Source: Fimicolochytrium jonesii (Eukaryota). From it: a DNA stretch of 64,000 nt. The notes below the pieces were generated by a model. That model was not told where the DNA came from. It searched no databases and saw only the letters and a list, made by a program, of their open reading frames with translations. The DNA lies in contig NW_026515693.1 in the NCBI RefSeq assembly GCF_025526975.1, positions 372,001 through 436,000 on the forward strand, given 5' to 3'. Positions 11,205 to 21,629 of the stretch are shown in pieces. A program made the position numbers and the translations under genes. The first letter of the stretch is position 1; every line of letters begins with the position of its first letter.

Positions 11205-14200
11205 GATGGTAGATGATGACTTGTGGAGGCTGTGGTGATTCGACGGTGAGTCTGTCGATTGGGATCGGTGATGTCGTGATGTTGGGAAGTTCGGTTGCTG
11301 CGTGTCGACAGGATTTGAGTTTGGTCGTTGACCAGACCAGGAGCAGCGGCGAGGGGTATGATGTATACGTTGAGAACCGCGACAAGATTTGTGGTGGGTG
11401 TCGGAGATTGAGCTTTTGCTTTGGGGTATCGCAAAGGTATCGACCGTTATGAAGCTATCGGAAAGCCGGCTCACAATCTCACAACTTGCTCTTCGAGCAG
11501 AACATGAAGAAAATCGACGAGACGGATTCGGCTCTGTGGTCGGGGCTTTATGGCCGGGCGCTGAGGAGGGCCTCGGGAGGTTTGAATACTCCGGGGTATG
11601 GGCCCGGCCGTTCCCATCAACATCGAGGAGAGTGATGCTTGGGATCATAGCGGGTGAGGGTGATAGGACCGACGTCATGTTGCCGGCAAGGTGTTTGTGC
11701 TGGGAGCGGGAACTTTAACTCAAGGTTGGCGAGAACAGAGTGGGGTTCTAGAATAGTGGTGGGAGATGTGCGAGGATACGAGTGACGGGATGCGTCGGCA
11801 GGTATGGCTATGAATAGCGTCAGCGTCGGAGTGGATGGTTTCTGACGGGATACTGTCTCTTCAAAATGACTAATGGGGAATCGATGTGCGGCTTCAAATA
11901 GCACCAGCAACGAATTCGGTGGCATGGAACAACAATGGGCTCGTGCGACTGTAATCCATGCGATGTGTCCCGCCAGAGCTTACGATATGTGCTCGAACCT
12001 TGGCGAAAACCGGCCCAGGCAACACACCGCGCAGATGAAAGAGTAGACAATCTCACAAAGGCTCTGGCGATATACGATTGCGTCTGGAACGCCTTCTACC
12101 GTCCTACGATCCGTATGCGAGACACCGACGAATGCCGAACCAGGATGTGGACACCGGCGGATGTGCGTCGAAAAACAACGGGGCTCAAGAATGGCCAAAG
12201 TGAGACGCGTCGTGCCGAACGCTCCGAACACTCAATTCAACCCCTCGCGTAAGCAGCACACCCCTCGACACCGAGCGCTTTTGTCGCCCACACTTGTTTT
12301 TCGGTGTCGATACGGTTTACGGTATACCGGGAGGAACTGGCGAGCCAGATCTTGGTGAATTCGTCCGGGACGAATGGGATAAAGGGGTGGCCGAGGGTTG
12401 CGTAGGACAATAAGGGATGCAGTTGAAGAAGGGATGAACCTGGGGCGCGACCGCTTTTCGTGCGAAACCAACTCCCAGAGAACACCTATTACGTCCCTGT
12501 CTGTCCTTTTTCGGTGTCTCGTATGTAGCCGCAACTCCTCTGCGCGCCAAATAGCGAAGGTAACCGAAAATCACACTTAAGTTCAGAGCGCTTTCAGGCC
12601 GTGGTGCCCGATCTATCAATTGAGCAATGAAGCCCACTTTTCAGAATATACGCAGATCGCCTTTCGTCAAACCGCCTCTTTTGGGCGATTAATCCGTGCT
12701 AGCAGTTAATCTAGGCGGGCAGAAAACGCAATAGCGATGGCGCGAGAATAGTGCGTGAAAGGTTGCTTCTCGGAGCCTCCGACGTTGGGCGCGCACGGCG
12801 GGGTATGTGCACTTTGTAGATAGGGTGTGTTTTCTTTGTCCGTGATGCAGAAAAGAATAGTGCCGGGGATGCGCGAGCGGAGTTTGGGCGGCTGGCGCTT
12901 ACGTGGTAGTGTGATGTGACCCGACGACGTGTTGCTGGATAGATCTGGAGGTGATATCTATTCGATACGCTTCGTCCTTGGAAGCCTGTGATGATTGAAG
13001 CCTCTGTTTGTTTGGCGAAGACAGAATCGGGATAGTGACAGAATCGGGCCCTGATTTCACGGAGTGAGTTTCTCCACAGAAGGTATCGGTGAATCAAGTC
13101 GGTGAGAAGGTGCCCAACAGCGTCAACCAGGTACGTAAAACAAAAGCGAATGATCTTGATCGGGATGCCCGAAAAGCCTTTCTCGAAAAGGGAAACAAGC
13201 AGCAAAGGCCTGCTCATATGCAAAGATCTAGATCTAGGACAGTCCAAGACGAAAGCGCACATGCGTTCATCCTACGTTTACGATGAAGTGCGGTACGGGA
13301 TGGATTATGCTCTTACGATTTTTCTAGCGAGGATCTGCGTAAGGCCAGCATCATATACCCATCGGTATCAATCATTTCATATGCACGTGTAACGCCAGAG
13401 ATCTGGTGTGGACATCAGAGAAAAAACGGGAGTCCGACGGCGAGTACAGTACTGTACTTTGCCCAAGCCCCGCACCATCCCAGATCCGACGGCAACGCTT
13501 TGTTGACGTGTGTCCCTTGGCGCTCCATTTCCCGCGTTTAGAATGCGCCAAACCCGTGGAAATTCTAAGCAAGAACTGTTACAGTACAATACATGCAACC
13601 TATTTTTTTCTGTATCGTTTTCGATGTGGATCTTTGTCTCCCCGCGGAGAGTTCGGCTGCGGTTCCACCTTCAGCCGGCGGAGATATCATACCAACTCGA
13701 CCACCCACCACATTTGCAAAGTTGGACATTTTGGGACAGTGCTGCGTATGACGTTGCGAGGGCCCGAACCCGAGGCTGCGGTGTCCAGGTATTTTTACCG
13801 TATCCCATGTGAAGACAGTGGGCAGTGGGTAGATACTAGACAGTGACAGGTTGCGATCAGTGCTCAGCTCGCTGTGAGAGGCAGTTGGCGGGATCTTCAC
13901 CCGTGGGTATCGGGTTTGCTTGTCCTCGGCTCCGACTCCGAGTTAGCCACCCGAAAATTCATCAATGGGTTCAACGTGGACATAAAAAGGATTTCATGCC
14001 GAACGGTTCGGTCAACCACAGGGCGAGCTTTCAAAAGTCCCCGTCCATCTGTGCGTTCAGACCTTTGACTCCGTACGGAGTTCGATCTTCGCATGGGTCG
14101 ATTGACGCTGATGCTGCCTGGCCGCTACTGCTCATCTCAAACTCATCTTAATGACCGCGAGGACGGGCCTGTGTCCTACAAACTGCCACATACCACTCCT

Positions 14201-14489
14201 TACGTGCGAGCGACATCATCGGTGCGCAAAAACGGGCCATTTGCGTCATGATGCTCGAGTTGTGACTTTTGTGCAGATCCCGCAGTTATAGGCATGCGCA
14301 GACGCGGAGGGGTACGGGGTGTATCCCATCCGATAACTCTGATTGTTCATACGCCTTGATCGCATTGCTCGCTGCTCAGTTGAAAGGTGGTTGCAACGTG
14401 CTGATTTCAGCGCTTCCGAGGTTACTCGCCTCGCATTCTCGATGCCGGTGGTGGGTAATTTCGTTACCCCATCATGACTTTCAAAAGTT

Positions 14490-14593
14490 CAAAAAGCTGG
14501 CTCCCCCCCAAAATCAAGTCAGTGTCGCGGCGCCTGACGCATCCGCTTGTGAAACGGACGCTCACTTCAATCAGAACGGGAGCCAGCTTTTTG
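14490..14593. repeat. Perfect 16-bp inverted repeat enclosing a 72-bp spacer (MITE-like)
   Basis: CAAAAAGCTGGCTCCC at 14490-14505 and its exact reverse complement GGGAGCCAGCTTTTTG at 14578-14593. Confidence 0.8.
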
Positions 14594-14612
14594 TGAGGGT
14601 CTGGAATTCGTA

Positions 14613-14675
14613 CAAGGCGTTGGTCTCAAGTTCCAACCTCGTCAGAGGCGCGAGTTCGAATCTCGCTTGCGTGCA
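14613..14675 (+). pseudogene. 5'-truncated tRNA-Leu(CAA)
   Basis: AAGGCG (3' side of D arm); anticodon arm TTGGT-CTCAAGT-TCCAA; long variable arm CCTC-GTCA-GAGG; T arm GCGAG-TTCGAAT-CTCGC; 3' acceptor strand ending TGCGTGCA. No matching 5' acceptor strand or A-box upstream. Confidence 0.8.
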
Positions 14676-15730
14676 CTGAATACTATTTGGGTTCGTCGGT
14701 CCCAAAATTTTTCGGCGAAGGGATAAGGAGCAGTACAGAAATGGCCCATGGCTTGACTTTTAGTGGGTCGAAGACGATGGTACAGTAGAGTATCGCCTTG
14801 TCGGAGAACATCTATCTGATGATATGAGCGATGTTACGTTCCTGGCTCAAAGCAACATATCCTCACCTCGATCGTTCCGGATCTGGTCTCGGTGCCCTGA
14901 AGATCAGCGACGTGGAGTGCTTTCATCATTCCCATGGAGTCCAGTAGCTCGACGATTTGAAAACGATGCATGGCGACAGGTACAGATTGGTATTCGGAAG
15001 GAGCTGAGGTACTTTCCCTACTATTGAGTGTCTGCTGAGATCCGATTCGTTGTTGACGGCGACGCTAGCCAAGGATGGTGTAAGAGCGTCAGGGATATGC
15101 GCTGGAAATGAGGAGCAAAAAGGGTTTAGCTCGTTGGCGGATCTCACTCGAATGATACGGGCTTTGCTTGCCAAAGCCATGAAAAATGCAGGAACATCTT
15201 GGCATCCCTCAGCGTGTTGCAGATGCATCTCAACGCAGTCGGGACTTCATAACGGCATCGCGATGGAAAAGGAGGTGTTTGCGGGCCGAGAGGGGCGCTC
15301 AGACGGCGGAGATCAAGGCATTGAAGGCCTGCGTCAAGACTCATCGAAGACGAGAACAACCCAAACATATCTAGTCCAATGCTAATCCAAGTATTATGTC
15401 ACCGTCTGCACCTCCCACATTCTGGCTTTCGAACTTTCGATTCGTTTCGGTGTGTGATGTGCATTCAGAGCTTGTGAACATTCATCAATTTGGCCTTCTT
15501 CATATCCTTTGCTTCGACTTTTCATAGAAGCATGGGCCCATTCGCACTTCGCAAACATTTTGGGCAGCAATGGGTCCCAACGGTGAAATATGTTTCTCAA
15601 GAAAATGTACAGATATTCAAGAACGACGTGAGATTTGTAACATACGCACGCTGCGTACGTTCAGCAGAGCGGGACTCCGCCACGCATGTAACCCACTCCG
15701 CGCCAATGCACATTCCATTCCCAACCCGCA

Positions 15731-18142
15731 CTAATCCGCCGACTGCCTCCCAGCACTCCTCCCCCGCCTACAATTTCCACACATACGCGGCACATCCAAC
15801 ATCTTCTTCGCATACATCTTGATCTCCCCGCTGCTCACCGTGAAGCTTTGCTTGCACCGCGTGCATGTGTACGGGCCTTGGAGGGCGCGCCGGTCGGGGG
15901 TGAAGTACCAGTCGGGTTTGGGTTTTCGTTTGGGGGCGTCTGAGGGGGGTTCAGAGGGGGGAGGGGGCGGGGGTGGGAGGGTGAAGGGGCGGGCGTCGGG
16001 CCAGGGGGAGGAGGAGATGTTTGTGGGGTAGGTGTCGTTGTAGGGGCGGGGAGGGTCGTAGTGGGATGGTCGCGATGAGGATGGGTCGTCTCGGCGGTTG
16101 TTTGAGCGTGGGGAGGGGATGGCGCGGTTTAAGGGGCCGTCAGATTTGCCGCTGCTCGGGCGGCGGCCATCCCTGCTGTCCACACGAGCATCTCTGTCCA
16201 ATGCCATCCTTCTATCCGCACCATTCCGGTAATCCCGACCATCCTCCTCACGCCGACCAGGACGATCATTATACCCGCCATCCCGCCCCGCACCAGGTCT
16301 CCTTCGTTGAGCCTCTCCCTCCGCATTCCCATTCACTTCGTCCCCGATCGTGCGCAACCCCCTCCTCTTTCTCTCCCGCTCATACTCCTCCGTAGCAGAC
16401 TCCAGCAAATCAATCAACAAAACCTGTTTCCCACCCTTCGCGCTCTGCCCAAGCGCACAAACTTCACAGACAAGCGACCACAAGGCAAAGAGGTGGTTGT
16501 GCCAGTCGCGCGGGGAAATGTCGTCGTACGGCGGGTCCATCTGCCGTTTCTCGTCCGGGAACAGGGTCTCGAACGCAGCGATGTGGTCATCGAGGAGTGC
16601 GTCCCATTTCGGGTTTGGGTCGGCGTACACCTGCGCTTCGGGCCACTCGACGCGCTCCGTGTGGGTGTCCCAGATCGGGAAGATCTCTTTAACGGGGTGC
16701 GTGAAGCCCAAACGGTGGTAGAGGGCCTGCCGCAGCGGGCGCAGTGCGATATGCGGGTTCCCCAGCTTGCGAACAAGGGCGGAGGGTGCCCCGCGACGGT
16801 AGATCCCGCCGCGCATCTCGGTGAGGGTCGGCGAGACGCGGCGGATCTCGGGGACGGGGTCGAGGATCTCGCGCGGGGTCGGGCGTCGTTTGAATTTAAC
16901 CGCTTTCGAGTCGTCCATTGTGATTCGCGGTAAGGCTCTGCTGTTTGGGTGCGGGACTTCGAGGCGGAGGTTTTTGCGGATGGTGTAGTTGCGGCGGGTG
17001 TAGCGCCAGAAATCGCCGTCGTTGCTGACGAGGATGGCTTTGTCGCGTTTGGCGAAGGCGGCGAGGGTGTCGTCGTTGTCGGCGCCGTAGGAGTAGATCA
17101 CGTCGACGCCATGCTTTTTAAACGCCTCGCCGAGGATGACGGACAGGCCTTGTGGGATATTGCGGCGCTCTTGTGTGATCTCCACGGTGCGGCGATTGCG
17201 CCATTTGGCGTCAGCCTCGGCAGTCTGCGGGGTGCCGTCGATAAACACCACGGGGTCCCAGTGCCCGATATGGCAGGCTTTTACAAAGATACCGACGCGT
17301 TCGACGCCGCGCTGCCATGCCCAGTGGGGTATGCCCGTGAAGAAGAAGACATTGGTGGAGTAATTCAGGATATCCACGTACAGCTTTTTCCAGGGTCTCC
17401 GGGATTCAGACTGGCCAGGGCCGGTTGCCAACGTCTTCATTCCTTTTATCGATTGAATGATAGCTGTTGGTTCTGTATCAGCTATTATTGGCACCGGTTG
17501 CTCGCTTTCACTCGGGACGCTATTTGTTTCCGACAATTCGACCTTAGGTGTACTCTCGACAGGCGGAGGACTGCCAGCCTCGGATTTGATAGCCGATGAT
17601 GGCGTCGTTCTATCCTTCTTCGATACAGGCGGTTTTGCTGGCCGCTGCCCTCTGCTACTCTTAGCCTTCCCTTCTACTTCATTGGGCGTATCGTGTGTTT
17701 CCGGTTGCGTGCGTGAGTCGGCTGCAAGAATTGTATCCGCCGCCGACGGTTCCAGAGTGGCATCGCCACTGGTCTCTGTGCTTTTCTCCGACCTGCCCTC
17801 TCCCTTCCGCGTTTCCTCGAGATCCTCCTTCTTCAACCTATGCGCACTATGAGAGCTGGAACTCCGATATGGGCCGCCGTTGCGAGACGCTTGCAAGTGA
17901 TCTGCTAAATAAGACCCCAACGCTGGCTTCCTGAAAGTGGCGGCTCGTGCTCTACTTGGGTGCGGAGAGGATATCGACGCGTAGCTACGGCAGCTGGAGC
18001 ACACCAAGGGACGAAGCTGGCGCTTCTGTGGGGCTGTTGCTAGGACGAACAGGAGGTGTGCTACGGCAGTTGCTCGGTTCACTCGCCGAGCGGGAGGCGA
18101 CATGATACTGCGGGAGAGGACGGGCATCTGACCCGACAGCAT
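15731..18142 (-). CDS. Intronless PIN-domain (FEN/XPG/Asteroid-like) nuclease with a C-terminal CxxC...CxxC zinc ribbon; possible mitochondrial presequence
   Basis: Acidic PIN motifs LYVDILN, VVFIDG, GADNDDTLAAFA, LVSNDGDFWRY. C-terminal YTCTRCKQSFTVSSGEIKMYAKKMLDVPRMCGNCRR. Arg-rich, acid-free N-terminus. Start codon uncertain (18142, 18127 or 18103). Confidence 0.8.
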   Translation of the reverse strand: MLSGQMPVLSRSIMSPPARRVNRATAVAHLLFVLATAPQKRQLRPLVCSSCRSYASISSPHPSRARAATFRKPALGSYLADHLQASRNGGPYRSSSSHSAHRLKKEDLEETRKGEGRSEKSTETSGDATLEPSAADTILAADSRTQPETHDTPNEVEGKAKSSRGQRPAKPPVSKKDRTTPSSAIKSEAGSPPPVESTPKVELSETNSVPSESEQPVPIIADTEPTAIIQSIKGMKTLATGPGQSESRRPWKKLYVDILNYSTNVFFFTGIPHWAWQRGVERVGIFVKACHIGHWDPVVFIDGTPQTAEADAKWRNRRTVEITQERRNIPQGLSVILGEAFKKHGVDVIYSYGADNDDTLAAFAKRDKAILVSNDGDFWRYTRRNYTIRKNLRLEVPHPNSRALPRITMDDSKAVKFKRRPTPREILDPVPEIRRVSPTLTEMRGGIYRRGAPSALVRKLGNPHIALRPLRQALYHRLGFTHPVKEIFPIWDTHTERVEWPEAQVYADPNPKWDALLDDHIAAFETLFPDEKRQMDPPYDDISPRDWHNHLFALWSLVCEVCALGQSAKGGKQVLLIDLLESATEEYERERKRRGLRTIGDEVNGNAEGEAQRRRPGAGRDGGYNDRPGRREEDGRDYRNGADRRMALDRDARVDSRDGRRPSSGKSDGPLNRAIPSPRSNNRRDDPSSSRPSHYDPPRPYNDTYPTNISSSPWPDARPFTLPPPPPPPSEPPSDAPKRKPKPDWYFTPDRRALQGPYTCTRCKQSFTVSSGEIKMYAKKMLDVPRMCGNCRRGRSAGRQSAD

Positions 18143-18551
18143 ATGGACTCCTCTCTGGCGTTGGGTCAACGTCGACGCTGTAGGTGTTCCAAGCAAGCGC
18201 CTGGGTGGGAGTGTCCGAGACGAGAGTGGAGAGGGGCGAGAGGAGCCAGGCGTGGCGCAGGTGTGGCTTGGTTGCGTGTCCAGTGAGTCACCCTGCTCAC
18301 CCTCACCCTCATGGCAACCCTAACCCCTGGTGGGGGCCATTGCGGGCGGTTCGTTCGTCGTCTCCAGTCGCAGAAACGGCGTGGGAAAGTGGTCAATTTA
18401 TGGGCATTTGAGCAGCTGGGAAGCGTACGCACAAGCAGCAGCAGCAGTAGGCGCTCGAAACGAGAGCCACCTCGCCGTAAAATATCATACGGTCAACTAT
18501 TGGGAACTTTCCGCCCCGAAGTACTCGAAAAGCCCACTCCGCCATCCCACG

Positions 18552-21003
18552 ATGCCTACCGTCAGCGTGGACGCAGAGCGCTATATCTTCAAGCCGCTCG
18601 GCAAGAAGTACGGTATGTTGAAGGAGGCCGTTGTCTGCTCAGACTGTCTTTGCTGAGTCTCACCTCCGTTCTGCGTTTCAGAGGTCCACGACTTTGAGGA
18701 ATTGTGCTTCGAGTTTGGAATAGAATTGGACGAGGCCGTACGTAGATCACCTTCGGGCGCTGGGAGGGGAGGAGCTGCGGATGAAAGACTTATATCCGAT
18801 GACTGCCATAGGTGACGGAAAGCGAACAGGCTGCGAAGGAGGGTGACAAGACGGAGGGACTCTCTGACAAGTTGCTATACAAGATCGACATTCCCGCCAA
18901 TAGGTATGCATAGAGCCTTCGATAGGGTTCTTGATTGTGAACCTACTGAACGGCCGTCCCATTACACTCCGTAGATACGATCTGCTGTGCGGGGAGGGAA
19001 TATCACGAGCGCTCAAGGCCTACCTCGGGCAGGAAGCACCTCCTGTCTACAAAGTCGTTCCTCCAGCAAATGGGAAACTGCAGCAACTCCACGTGAAGCC
19101 TGAGGTGAACTGTCTCAGTGAAGCCAGTTGTAATGCGAGAACTTTCTTCTGACATGTCATGCCGTTTCCTAGACCGGAGCGATCCGCCCTCATGTGGTTG
19201 CTGCCATCCTGCGCGACGTGACGCTGGATCAGGGAGCATACGACAGCTTCATCGAGTTGCAGGACAAGCTGCACAACAACATCTGCAGGTCAGTTCGGGG
19301 GGACTGGCTCCCAACTGGAATAGACGACCGCCTAACATCGGAGTATGTAGAAAGCGGACGTTAGTCGCCATCGGTACACATGACTTGGACACCATCCAAG
19401 GACCCTTCACATACGAGGCTCTCAAGCCCACGGACATCACCTTCACTCCCCTGAACCAGAAGAAGTCCATGAATGCGGAAGAGCTGATGAAGTTCTACGA
19501 GGTCGGTCAAATTACACCTCTATTGTTGCCAATATCTTCGAGGACTTTGCTCACGCTTCCTTGTTCCAGTCTGATCGCAAGCTCAGCAAGTTCCTGCATA
19601 TTATTCGCGACGCCCCGCGATACCCCGTCATCTATGACAGCAAGCGCACCGTGCTCTCACTGCCACCGATCATTAACAGCGACCACTCGAAGATCAAGCT
19701 CTCCACAAAGAACATCTTCATCGAATGTACCGCTACGGACATCACCAAGGCAAAGATCGTGTTGAACACGGTTGTTGCCATGTTCTCGCAGTACTGCGCC
19801 AAGCCTTTCACGGTGGAACCCGTCGAAGTCACCAACGCCGACGGCAAGAAAGTGGTCTACCCCGACCTCGCCCCCCGCACGATGGACGCCGACGTGCACT
19901 ACATCAACAGCCACATCGGCGTCAACCTCGAAGCCGACAAGATCGCCTCCCTGCTGACCAAAATGTCCCTCGGCGCCAAGGCCTCCGCGGACAAAAAGAG
20001 CATTACCGTCACCATCCCGCCCACGCGGAGCGATATCCTACATGCGTGCGATATCATGGAGGATGTGGCGATTGCGTATGGGTACAATAACATCACGGAG
20101 ACGACCCCGCAGTTTGGCACAGTCGCTGTGCAGCTGCCGACGAACAAGCTGTCGGATCAGCTGAGGAGAGAGATTGCGCTGGCGGGGTACACGGAGGTTC
20201 TTACCTTCACATTGGTATGATGTCCCACTCTTTGAGGGGCTCCTGACGGTGTTTCGCAAACTCGTTTGGCCGGGTGCTCATCATTTCGTCTTCCATCTTT
20301 CCACGTGGCTCACAGTGCTCACACGATGAGAACTTCGCATGGCTCAAGAAGGAGGACAACGGCGAGGCTGTCAAGCTCTCCAACCCTAAGAGTATCGAAT
20401 ACCAGGTACGTTCTCAAATGCCGCCACACCCATCTCCTACCGTAGGCCTTTTTCTCAACTCCCTCCCCTCTCCCCTCACCCAGGTCGTCCGCACCAGCCT
20501 CCTCCCCGGCATCCTCAAGACCATCAACGCCAACCAACACTTCCCGCGCCCCATCCGCCTCTTCGAAGTCTCTGATGTCGTCTTCAAGGACGACTCCCCG
20601 CAGTACGACCGCCGGTCCCGCAACCAGCGCAACGTCGTCGCCCTCTACAGCGGCGCCACGTCGGGCTTTGAAGCGGTGCATGGATTGCTGGATCGGATGA
20701 TGATGAAGTTGGGTGTGTCGCTGGTGTCGCAGGGGGATAAGGAGGGTTATTATATCAAGGAGTCTGAGAGTAAGTTGCAATCAACAAGTGTGATTCCCAA
20801 ACCCGAGGCAGTGAAGCCCGCCTAACCGCCTTTATTTTTCTGGCCAAACAGACCCAACCTTCTTCCCCGGCCGCCGCGCCGACATCTTCTTCAACAACAC
20901 CACAATCGGCTCCTTCGGAATCGTGCACCCCGAAGTCCTTGCTCGCTTCGACATTCATTTCCCGTGTACGGCGCTCGAGTTCAATCTGGAGCCGATCGTT
21001 TGA
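18552..21003 (+). CDS. FRS1: Cytosolic phenylalanyl-tRNA synthetase beta subunit (multi-exon)
   Basis: MPTVSV start; [90 protein letters not shown]; ends LEFNLEPIV*. Canonical GT-AG introns. Confidence 0.98.
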
Positions 21004-21629
21004 ACATAGCTGCGCACACACTTCTGAATGGGAGGGTTGCATAGACGGACTCGTAACCTTCACCGAACTCGTCGATCCAGCACAAACGCATATGTACTCC
21101 TGCTCACGCCATCATGTACCCTTCCATATATACATGACATATTACATCTGTACACATGGGTCACTTGAACATGATTTTTTTTCGCTTGATGAGCCTTCTC
21201 AACGAACCATGTACACGTGCTACCCAGCGAACGCTCAGCTTATTTCGCTCGAAGCTAGCAGGGGATTGCTGTCGTAATGCTGTCAATTGACGGAGAAGCA
21301 TTGAACGCAGTCAAGGAATCAACTCGGCTGAGAAGAGGCAAGAGTTGGAACCTTGAATTCCGTTTGGCTGATCCGTCCAGTACCAGGGCATCCGCTACAG
21401 ACAAACCTGACTACACATCGAATGTCTTCGTTCTACATATCGCCTTTGTGTGGTGTACGTCATGGCTCCAACTGAGGCCGGTGCAAGAAAACATAGTTGT
21501 TGTGTTGCAAACAAGCCGCTACGAAGGCCTTGTTACTTGAAATACAATCGAGTGCGAGCCCAGATGGATGATCAAATGGCCAGATTATCAGAGCAGGTCC
21601 AGCCACATTACCTTCCAAACCTCGAAAGG

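Noticed and set aside
14613..14675. Possible tRNA-Sec or intact unusual tRNA (long variable arm, 8 nt before the terminal A)
   Set aside because: The anticodon loop CTCAAGT centres on CAA, not TCA, and no pairing 5' acceptor strand exists.
15050..15385. Faint resemblance (QEH, EIKALKA) to a second Fanzor N-terminal fragment
   Set aside because: Only 2-3 residue matches and no TDG or RuvC motif nearby.
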